DNA of 64,000 bases from the human T2T-CHM13v2.0 reference genome, Homo sapiens, in the NCBI RefSeq assembly GCF_009914755.1, contig NC_060947.1, one strand, 5' to 3'. The position numbers were made by a program, and so were the translations under genes. Below are positions 50,301 through 61,600 of this stretch, one piece after another. The notes beneath the pieces were generated by a model that was not told where the DNA came from, ran no database searches, and saw nothing but the letters and a program-made list of their open reading frames with translations. Every line of letters starts with the position of its first letter. Positions within the stretch are counted from its first letter, which is position 1.

Positions 50301-53300
50301 GATTATACAGAAAGAGTGTTTCGAACCTGAACTCTCAAAGGCAGGTTCATCTCTGCGAGTTAAATGCATTCATCATGAAGAACTTTCTCAGAGTGTTTGT
50401 GTTTAGTTATGGGAAATTATTCCCGTTTCCAACGAAATCCTCAGAGAGCTCCAAATATCCACCTGCAGATTCTACCAAAAGTGTATTTGGAAACTGCTCC
50501 ATCAAAAGGCATGTTCAGCTCTGTGAGTGAAACTCCATCATCACAAAGAATATTCTGAGAATGCTTCCGTTTGCCTTTTATATGAAGTTCCTTCCTGTAC
50601 TACCGTAGGCCTCAAAGCAGTCCAAATCTCCATTTGCAGATTCTATAAAAAGAGTGATTCCAATCTGCTCTATCAATAGGATTGTTCAACTCCATGAGTT
50701 GAATGCCATCCTCACAAAGTAGTTTCTGAGAATGCTTCTATCTGGTTTTTGTGTGAAGATATTTCCTTTTCCACCACAGGCCTCAAAGCCCTCCAAACGT
50801 CCACTTGCAGATTCTCGAAAAAGAGTGTTTCATAGCTGCTCTTTCAAAAGGAAAGTTCAACTCTGGGAGTTGAATACAAACATCACAAAGTAGTTTCCGA
50901 GAATGCTTCTGTTTAGTTTTTATGTGAAGATGATCGATCCCGTTTCCAGTGAAATCTTCAAAGAGGTCCACATATCCCCTTGCAGATTCCAAAGAAAGAG
51001 GGTTTCAAAACTGCTCCATCAGAAGGATTGTTCAACTCTGTGAGTTGAATGCAGTCATCGCAGAAAACTTTCTGAGAATGCTTCTGTCTAGGTTTGATGT
51101 GAAGATATAGACGTTTCAAACGAAGGCTACAAAGTGGTCAAAATATACACTTGCAGATTCTACTACAAGGGTGTTGCAAACCTGAACTATCAAAGGAAGG
51201 TTCAACTCTGTGAGTTGAATACAAACATCACAAAGAATGTTCTGAGTTTGCTTCCGTTCAGTTATGGGAAGTTGATCCCGTTTCCAACGAAATCCTCAGA
51301 GAGGTCCAAATATCCCCTCGCAGATTCTACAAAACGTGTGTTTGGAAACTGCTCCATCATAACGAATGTTCAGCTCCCTGAGTTAAACTCCATCGTCACA
51401 AAGAATTTTCTGAGAGTGCTACCGTCTGGTTTTTATATGAAGTTCTTTCCTTCACTACCACAGGCCTCAAAGCGGTCCAAATCTCCACTTGCAGATTCTA
51501 CAAAAAGAGTGTTTGCAAACTGCTCTATCAAAAGGAATGTTCAACTCTGGGAGTTGAATGCAATCATCACAGAGCAGTTTCTGAGAATGCTTCTATGTCG
51601 TTTTTAGAAGATATTTCCTTTTCCAACACAGTCCTCCAAGCCCGCTAAATAGCCACTTGCACATTGTAGAAAAAGTGTGTCAAAGCTGCGCTATCAAAGG
51701 GAAAGTTCAACTCTGTGAGGTGAATGCAAACATCCCAAAGAAGTTTCTGAGAATGCTTCCGTTTAGCTTTTAGGTGAAGATTATCCCGTTTCCAACGAAA
51801 CCTTCAAAGAGGTCCAAATATCCCCTTGCGGATCCCACAGAAAGAGTGTTTCGAAACTGCTGTTTCAAAAGGAATCTTCAACTCTGTGAGTTGAATGCAA
51901 TCATCACAAAGAAGTTTCTGACAATGCTTCTCTCTCGTCTTTCTGTGAAGATAAAGGAAAAGGCTTTCAGGCCTTTTCCACCACAGGCCTGAAAGCGCTC
52001 CAAATGTCCACTTGCAGATTCTGCCAAAAGAATATTTCAAAACTGCTCTATGAAAAGCAATGTTAAACTCTGCGGCTCGAACACAAACATTACAAAGCGG
52101 TTTCTGAGAATGCTTCAGTTTAGTTTTTCTGTGGAAATATTCCCGTTTCCAAAGAAATCTTCAAAGAGGTCCACGTATCCACTTACAGATTCTACAAAAA
52201 GACAGTTTCAAAACTGCTCCATCAAAAGGAGGGTTCAACCGTGTGACTTGAATGCAATCATCACTCAGAAGTTTCTGAGAATGCTTCTCTTTAGTTTTTA
52301 CGTGAACATATACCCGTTTCGAACGAAGGCCACCCAGTGGTCCAAATATCCACTTGCAGATTCTACAGAAAGAGTGTTTCGAACCTGAACTCTCAAAGGC
52401 AGGTTCATCTCTGCGAGTTAAATGCATTCATCATGAAGAACTTTCTCAGCGTGTTTGTGTTTAGTTATGGGAAATTATTCCCGTTTCCAACGAAATCCTC
52501 AAAGAGCTCCAAATATCCACCTGCAGATTCTACCAAAAGTGTATTTGGAAACTGCTCCATCAAAAGGCATGTTCAGCTCTGTGAGTGAAACTCCATCATC
52601 ACAAAGAATATTCTGAGAATGCTTCCGTTTGCCTGTTATATGAAGTTCCTTCCTATACGACCGTAGGCCTCAAAGCAGTCCAAATCTCCATTTGCAGATT
52701 CTACAAAAAGAGTGATTCCAATCTGCTCTATCAATAGGATTGTTCAACTCCATGAGTTGAATGCCATCTTCCAAAGTAGTTTCTGAGAATGCTTCTATCT
52801 AGTTTTTATGTGAAGATATTTCCTTTTCCACCACAGGCCTCAAAGCCCTCCAAACGTCCACTTGCAGATTCTCGAAAAAGAGTGTTTCATAGCTGCTCTT
52901 TCAAAAGGAAAGTTCAACTCTGGCAGTTGAATACAAACATCACAAAGTAGTTTCCGAGAATGCTTCTGTTTAGTTTTTATGTGAAGATGATCCCGTTTCC
53001 AGTGAAATCTTCAAAGAGGTCCACATATCCCCTTGCAGATTCCAAAGAAAGAGGGTTTCAAAACTGCTCCATCAGAAGGATTGTTCAACTCTGTGAGTTG
53101 AATGCAGTCATCGCAGAAAACTTTCTGAGAATGCTTCTGTCTAGGTTTGATGTGAAGATATAGACGTTTCAAACGAAGGCTACAAAGTGGTCAAAATATA
53201 CACTTGCAGATTCTACTACAAGGGTGTTGCAAACCTGAACTATCAAAGGAAGGTTCAACTCTGTGAGTTGAATACAAACATCACAAAGAATGTTCTGAGT

Positions 53301-56300
53301 TTGCTTCCGTTCAGTTATGGGAAGTTGATCCCGTTTCCAACGAAATCCTCAGAGAGGTCCAAATATCCCCTCGCAGATTCTACAAAACGTGTGTTTGGAA
53401 ACTGCTCCATCATAACGAATGTTCAGCTCCCTGAGTTAAACTCCATCGTCACAAAGAATTTTCTGAGAGTGCTACCGTCTGGTTTTTATATGAAGTTCTT
53501 TCCTTCACTACCACAGGCCTCAAAGCGGTCCAAATCTCCACTTGCAGATTCTACAAAAAGAGTGTTTGCAAACTGCTCTATCAAAAGGAATGTTCAACTC
53601 TGGGAGTTGAATGCAATCATCACAGAGCAGTTTCTGAGAATGCTTCTATGTCGTTTTTAGAAGATATTTCCTTTTCCAACACAGTCCTCCAAGCCCGCTA
53701 AATAGCCACTTGCACATTGTAGAAAAAGTGTGTCAAAGCTGCGCTATCAAAGGGAAAGTTCAACTCTGTGAGGTGAATGCAAACATCCCAAAGAAGTTTC
53801 TGAGAATGCTTCCGTTTAGCTTTTAGGTGAAGATTATCCCGTTTCCAACGAAACCTTCAAAGAGGTCCAAATATCCCCTTGCGGATCCCACAGAAAGAGT
53901 GTTTCGAAACTGCTGTTTCAAAAGGAATCTTCAACTCTGTGAGTTGAATGCAATCATCACAAAGAAGTTTCTGACAATGCTTCTCTCTCGTCTTTCTGTG
54001 AAGATAAAGGAAAAGGCTTTCAGGCCTTTGCCACCACAGGCCTGAAAGCGCTCCAAATGTCCACTTGCAGATTCTGCCAAAAGAATATTTCAAAACTGCT
54101 CTATGAAAAGCAATGTTAAACTCTGTGGCTCGAACACAAACATCACAAAGCGGTTTCTGAGAATGCTTCAGTTTAGTTTTTCTGTGGAAATATTCCCGTT
54201 TCCAAAGAAATCTTCAAAGAGGTCCACGTATCCACTTACAGATTCTACAAAAAGACAGTTTCAAAACTGCTCCATCAAAAGGAGTGTTCAACCGTGTGAC
54301 TTGAATGCAATCATCACTCAGAAGTATCTGAGAATGCTTCTCTTTAGTTTTTACGTGAACATATACCCGTTTCGAACGAAGGCCACCCAGTGGTCCAAAT
54401 ATCCACTTGCAGATTATACAGAAAGAGTGTTTCGAACCTGAACTCTCAAAGGCAGGTTCATCTCTGCGAGTTAAATGCATTCATCATGAAGAACTTTCTC
54501 AGAGTGTTTGTGTTTAGTTATGGGAAATTATTCCCGTTTCCAACGAAATCCTCAGAGAGCTCCAAATATCCACCTGCAGATTCTACCAAAAGTGTATTTG
54601 GAAACTGCTCCATCAAAAGGCATGTTCAGCTCTGTGAGTGAAACTCCATCATCACAAAGAATATTCTGAGAATGCTTCCGTTTGCCTTTTATATGAAGTT
54701 CCTTCCTGTACTACCGTAGGCCTCAAAGCAGTCCAAATCTCCATTTGCAGATTCTATAAAAAGAGTGATTCCAATCTGCTCTATCAATAGGATTGTTCAA
54801 CTCCATGAGTTGAATGCCATCCTCACAAAGTAGTTTCTGAGAATGCTTCTATCTGGTTTTTGTGTGAAGATATTTCCTTTTCCACCACAGGCCTCAAAGC
54901 CCTCCAAACGTCCACTTGCAGATTCTCGAAAAAGAGTGTTTCATAGCTGCTCTTTCAAAAGGAAAGTTCAACTCTGGGAGTTGAATACAAACATCACAAA
55001 GTAGTTTCCGAGAATGCTTCTGTTTAGTTTTTATGTGAAGATGATCGATCCCGTTTCCAGTGAAATCTTCAAAGAGGTCCACATATCCCCTTGCAGATTC
55101 CAAAGAAAGAGGGTTTCAAAACTGCTCCATCAGAAGGATTGTTCAACTCTGTGAGTTGAATGCAGTCATCGCAGAAAACTTTCTGAGAATGCTTCTGTCT
55201 AGGTTTGATGTGAAGATATAGACGTTTCAAACGAAGGCTACAAAGTGGTCAAAATATACACTTGCAGATTCTACTACAAGGGTGTTGCAAACCTGAACTA
55301 TCAAAGGAAGGTTCAACTCTGTGAGTTGAATACAAACATCACAAAGAATGTTCTGAGTTTGCTTCCGTTCAGTTATGGGAAGTTGATCCCGTTTCCAACG
55401 AAATCCTCAGAGAGGTCCAAATATCCCCTCGCAGATTCTACAATACGTGTGTTTGGAAACTGCTCCATCATAACGAATGTTCAGCTCCCTGAGTTAAACT
55501 CCATCGTCACAAAGAATTTTCTGAGAGTGCTACCGTCTGGTTTTTATATGAAGTTCTTTCCTTCACTACCACAGGCCTCAAAGCGGTCCAAATCTCCACT
55601 TGCAGATTCTACAAAAAGAGTGTTTGCAAACTGCTCTATCAAAAGGAATGTTCAACTCTGGGAGTTGAATGCAATCATCACAGAGCAGTTTCTGAGAATG
55701 CTTCTATGTCGTTTTTAGAAGATATTTCCTTTTCCAACACAGTCCTCCAAGCCCGCTAAATAGCCACTTGCACATTGTAGAAAAAGTGTGTCAAAGCTGC
55801 GCTATCAAAGGGAAAGTTCAACTCTGTGAGGTGAATGCAAACATCCCAAAGAAGTTTCTGAGAATGCTTCCATTTAGCTTTTAGGTGAAGATTATCCCGT
55901 TTCCAACGAAACCTTCAAAGAGGTCCAAATATCCCCTTGCGGATCCCACAGAAAGAGTGTTTCGAAACTGCTGTTTCAAAAGGAATCTTCAACTCTGTGA
56001 GTTGAATGCAATCATCACAAAGAAGTTTCTGACAATGCTTCTCTCTCGTCTTTCTGTGAAGATAAAGGAAAAGGCTTTCAGGCCTTTTCCACCACAGGCC
56101 TGAAAGCGCTCCAAATGTCCACTTGCAGATTCTGCCAAAAGAATATTTCAAAACTGCTCTATGAAAAGCAATGTTAAACTCTGCGGCTCGAACACAAACA
56201 TCACAAAGCGGTTTCTGAGAATGCTTCAGTTTAGTTTTTCTGTGGAAATATTCCCGTTTCCAAAGAAATCTTCAAAGAGGTCCACGTATCCACTTACAGA

Positions 56301-58670
56301 TTCTACAAAAAGACAGTTTCAAAACTGCTCCATCAAAAGGAGGGTTCAACCGTGTGACTTGAATGCAATCATCACTCAGAAGTTTCTGAGAATGCTTCTC
56401 TTTAGTTTTTACGTGAACATATACCCGTTTCGAACGAAGGCCACCCAGTGGTCCAAATATCCACTTGCAGATTATACAGAAAGAGTGTTTCGAACCTGAA
56501 CTCTCAAAGGCAGGTTCATCTCTGCGAGTTAAATGCATTCATCATGAAGAACTTTCTCAGAGTGTTTGTGTTTAGTTATGGGAAATTATTCCCGTTTCCA
56601 ACGAAATCCTCAGAGAGCTCCAAATATCCACCTGCAGATTCTACCAAAAGTGTATTTGGAAACTGCTCCATCAAAAGGCATGTTCAGCTCTGTGAGTGAA
56701 ACTCCATCATCACAAAGAATATTCTGAGAATGCTTCCGTTTGCCTTTTATATGAAGTTCCTTCCTGTACTACCGTAGGCCTCAAAGCAGTCCAAATCTCC
56801 ATTTGCAGATTCTATAAAAAGAGTGATTCCAATCTGCTCTATCAATAGGATTGTTCAACTCCATGAGTTGAATGCCATCCTCACAAAGTAGTTTCTGAGA
56901 ATGCTTCTATCTGGTTTTTGTGTGAAGATATTTCCTTTTCCACCACAGGCCTCAAAGCCCTCCAAACGTCCACTTGCAGATTCTCGAAAAAGAGTGTTTC
57001 ATAGCTGCTCTTTCAAAAGGAAAGTTCAACTCTGGGAGTTGAATACAAACATCACAAAGTAGTTTCCGAGAATGCTTCTGTTTAGTTTTTATGTGAAGAT
57101 GATCGATCCCGTTTCCAGTGAAATCTTCAAAGAGGTCCACATATCCCCTTGCAGATTCCAAAGAAAGAGGGTTTCAAAACTGCTCCATCAGAAGGATTGT
57201 TCAACTCTGTGAGTTGAATGCAGTCATCGCAGAAAACTTTCTGAGAATGCTTCTGTCTAGGTTTGATGTGAAGATATAGACGTTTCAAACGAAGGCTACA
57301 AAGTGGTCAAAATATACACTTGCAGATTCTACTACAAGGGTGTTGCAAACCTGAACTATCAAAGGAAGGTTCAACTCTGTGAGTTGAATACAAACATCAC
57401 AAAGAATGTTCTGAGTTTGCTTCCGTTCAGTTATGGGAAGTTGATCCCGTTTCCAACGAAATCCTCAGAGAGGTCCAAATATCCCCTCGCAGATTCTACA
57501 AAACGTGTGTTTGGAAACTGCTCCATCATAACGAATGTTCAGCTCCCTGAGTTAAACTCCATCGTCACAAAGAATTTTCTGAGAGTGCTACCGTCTGGTT
57601 TTTATATGAAGTTCTTTCCTTCACTACCACAGGCCTCAAAGCGGTCCAAATCTCCACTTGCAGATTCTACAAAAAGAGTGTTTGCAAACTGCTCTATCAA
57701 AAGGAATGTTCAACTCTGGGAGTTGAATGCAATCATCACAGAGCAGTTTCTGAGAATGCTTCTATGTCGTTTTTAGAAGATATTTCCTTTTCCAACACAG
57801 TCCTCCAAGCCCGCTAAATAGCCACTTGCACATTGTAGAAAAAGTGTGTCAAAGCTGCGCTATCAAAGGGAAAGTTCAACTCTGTGAGGTGAATGCAAAC
57901 ATCCCAAAGAAGTTTCTGAGAATGCTTCCGTTTAGCTTTTAGGTGAAGATTATCCCGTTTCCAACGAAACCTTCAAAGAGGTCCAAATATCCCCTTGCGG
58001 ATCCCACAGAAAGAGTGTTTCGAAACTGCTGTTTCAAAAGGAATCTTCAACTCTGTGAGTTGAATGCAATCATCACAAAGAAGTTTCTGACAATGCTTCT
58101 CTCTCGTCTTTCTGTGAAGATAAAGGAAAAGGCTTTCAGGCCTTTTCCACCACAGGCCTGAAAGCGCTCCAAATGTCCACTTGCAGATTCTGCCAAAAGA
58201 ATATTTCAAAACTGCTCTATGAAAAGCAATGTTAAACTCTGCGGCTCGAACACAAACATCACAAAGCGGTTTCTGAGAATGCTTCAGTTTAGTTTTTCTG
58301 TGGAAATATTCCCGTTTCCAAAGAAATCTTCAAAGAGGTCCACGTATCCACTTACAGATTCTACAAAAAGACAGTTTCAAAACTGCTCCATCAAAAGGAG
58401 GGTTCAACCGTGTGACTTGAATGCAATCATCACTCAGAAGTTTCTGAGAATGCTTCTCTTTAGTTTTTACGTGAACATATACCCGTTTCGAACGAAGGCC
58501 ACCCAGTGGTCCAAATATCCACTTGCAGATTCTACAGAAAGAGTGTTTCGAACCTGAACTCTCAAAGGCAGGTTCATCTCTGCGAGTTAAATGCATTCAT
58601 CATGAAGAACTTTCTCAGCGTGTTTGTGTTTAGTTATGGGAAATTATTCCCGTTTCCAACGAAATCCTCA
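47305..58670. repeat. Copy 2 of the >=11-kb intra-array duplication (partner at -47304)
   Basis: For example, actatcacag has T at 35 and 47339, aacattaca occurs at 4787 and 52091, and the GATC duplications and 3-bp deletions fall in matching units. Confidence 0.88.
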
Positions 58671-61600
58671 AAGAGCTCCAAATATCCACCTGCAGATTCT
58701 ACCAAAAGTGTATTTGGAAACTGCTCCATCAAAAGGCATGTTCAGCTCTGTGAGTGAAACTCCATCATCACAAAGAATATTCTGAGAATGCTTCCGTTTG
58801 CCTGTTATATGAAGTTCCTTCCTATACGACCGTAGGCCTCAAAGCAGTCCAAATCTCCATTTGCAGATTCTACAAAAAGAGTGATTCCAATCTGCTCTAT
58901 CAATAGGATTGTTCAACTCCATGAGTTGAATGCCATCTTCCAAAGTAGTTTCTGAGAATGCTTCTATCTAGTTTTTATGTGAAGATATTTCCTTTTCCAC
59001 CACAGGCCTCAAAGCCCTCCAAACGTCCACTTGCAGATTCTCGAAAAAGAGTGTTTCATAGCTGCTCTTTCAAAAGGAAAGTTCAACTCTGGCAGTTGAA
59101 TACAAACATCACAAAGTAGTTTCCGAGAATGCTTCTGTTTAGTTTTTATGTGAAGATGATCCCGTTTCCAGTGAAATCTTCAAAGAGGTCCACATATCCC
59201 CTTGCAGATTCCAAAGAAAGAGGGTTTCAAAACTGCTCCATCAGAAGGATTGTTCAACTCTGTGAGTTGAATGCAGTCATCGCAGAAAACTTTCTGAGAA
59301 TGCTTCTGTCTAGGTTTGATGTGAAGATATAGACGTTTCAAACGAAGGCTACAAAGTGGTCAAAATATACACTTGCAGATTCTACTACAAGGGTGTTGCA
59401 AACCTGAACTATCAAAGGAAGGTTCAACTCTGTGAGTTGAATACAAACATCACAAAGAATGTTCTGAGTTTGCTTCCGTTCAGTTATGGGAAGTTGATCC
59501 CGTTTCCAACGAAATCCTCAGAGAGGTCCAAATATCCCCTCGCAGATTCTACAAAACATGTGTTTGGAAACAGCTCCATCATAACGAATGTTCAGCTCCC
59601 TGAGTTAAACTCCATCGTCACAAAGAATTTTCTGAGAGTGCTACCGTCTGGTTTTTATATGAAGTTCTTTCCTTCACTACCACAGGCCTCAAAGCGGTCC
59701 AAATCTCCACTTGCAGATTCTACAAAAAGAGTGTTTGCAAACTGCTCTATCAAAAGGAATGTTCAACTCTGGGAGTTGAATGCAATCATCACAGAGCAGT
59801 TTCTGAGAATGCTTCTATGTCGTTTTTAGGAGAAGATATTTCCTTTTCCAACACAGTCCTCCAAGCCCGCTAAATATCCACTTGCACATTGTAGAAAAAG
59901 TGTGTCGAAGCTGCACTATCAAAGGGAAAGTTCAACTCTGTGAGGTGAATGCAAACATCCCAAAGAAGTTTCTGAGAATGCTTCCGTTTAGCTTTTAGGT
60001 GAAGATTATCCCGTTTCCAACGAAACCTTCAAAGAGGTCCAAATATCCCCTTGCGGATCCCACAGAAAGAGTGTTTCGAAACTGCTGTTTCAAAAGGAAT
60101 CTTCAACTCTGTGAGTTGAATGCAATCATCACAAAGAAGTTTCTGACAATGCTTCTCTCTCGTCTTTCTGTGAAGATAAAGGAAAAGGCTTTCAGGCCTT
60201 TGCCACCACAGGCCTGAAAGCGCTCCAAATGTCCACTTGCAGATTCTGCCAAAAGAATATTTCAAAACTGCTCTATGAAAAGCAATGTTAAACTCTGTGG
60301 CTCGAACACAAACATCACAAAGCGGTTTCTGAGAATGCTTCAGTTTAGTTTTTCTGTGGAAATATTCCCGTTTCCAAAGAAATCTTCAAAGAGGTCCACG
60401 TATCCACTTACAGATTCTACAAAAGGACAGTTTCAAAACTGCTCCATCAAAAGGAGGGTTCAACTGTGTGACTTGAATGCAATCATCACTCAGAAGTTTC
60501 TGAGAATGCTTCTCTTTAGTTTTTACGTGAACATATACCCGTTTCGAACGAAGGCCAGCCAGTGGTCCAAATATCCACTTGCAGATTCTACAGAAAGAGT
60601 GTTTCGAACCTGAACTCTCAAAGGCAGGTTCATCTCTGCGAGTTAAATGCATTCATCATGAAGAACTTTCTCAGCGTGTTTGTGTTTAGTTATGGGAAAT
60701 TATTCCCGTTTCCAACGAAATCCTCAGAGAGCTCCAAATATCCACCTGCAGATTCTACCAAAAGTGTATTTGGAAACTGCTCCATCAAAAGGCATGTTCA
60801 GCTCTGTGAGTGAAACTCCATCATCACAAAGAATATTCTGAGAATGCTTCCGTTTGCCTTTTATATGAAGTTCCTTCCTATACGACCGTAGGCCTCAAAG
60901 CAGTCCAAATCTCCATTTGCAGATTCTACAAAAAGAGTGATTCCAATCTGCTCTATCAATAGGATTGTTCAACTCCATGAGTTGAATGCCATCCTCACAA
61001 AGTCGTTTCTGAGAATGCTTCTATCTAGTTTTTATGTGAAGATATTTCCTTTTCCACCACAGGCCTCAAAGCCCTCCAAACGTCCACTTGCAGATTCTCG
61101 AAAAAGAGTGTTTCATAGCTGCTCTTTCAAAAGGAAAGTTCAACTCTGGGAGTTGAATACAAACATCACAAAGTAGTTTCCGAGAATGCTTCTGTTTAGT
61201 TTTTATGTGAAGATGATCCCGTTTCCAGTGAAATCTTCAAAGAGGTCCACATATCCCCTTGCAGATTCCAAAGAAAGAGGGTTTCAAAACTGCTCCATCA
61301 GAAGGATTGTTCAACTCTGTGAGTTGAATGCAGTCATCGCAGAAAACTTTCTGAGAATGCTTCTGTCTAGGTTTGATGTGAAGATATAGACGTTTCAAAC
61401 GAAGGCTACAAAGTGGTCAAAATATACACTTGCAGATTCTACTACAAGGGTGTTGCAAACCTGAACTATCAAAGGAAGGTTCAACTCTGTGAGTTGAATA
61501 CAAACATCACAAAGAATGTTCTGAGTTTGCTTCCGTTCAGTTATGGGAAGTTGATCCCGTTTCCAACGAAATCCTCAGAGAGGTCCAAATATCCCCTCGC

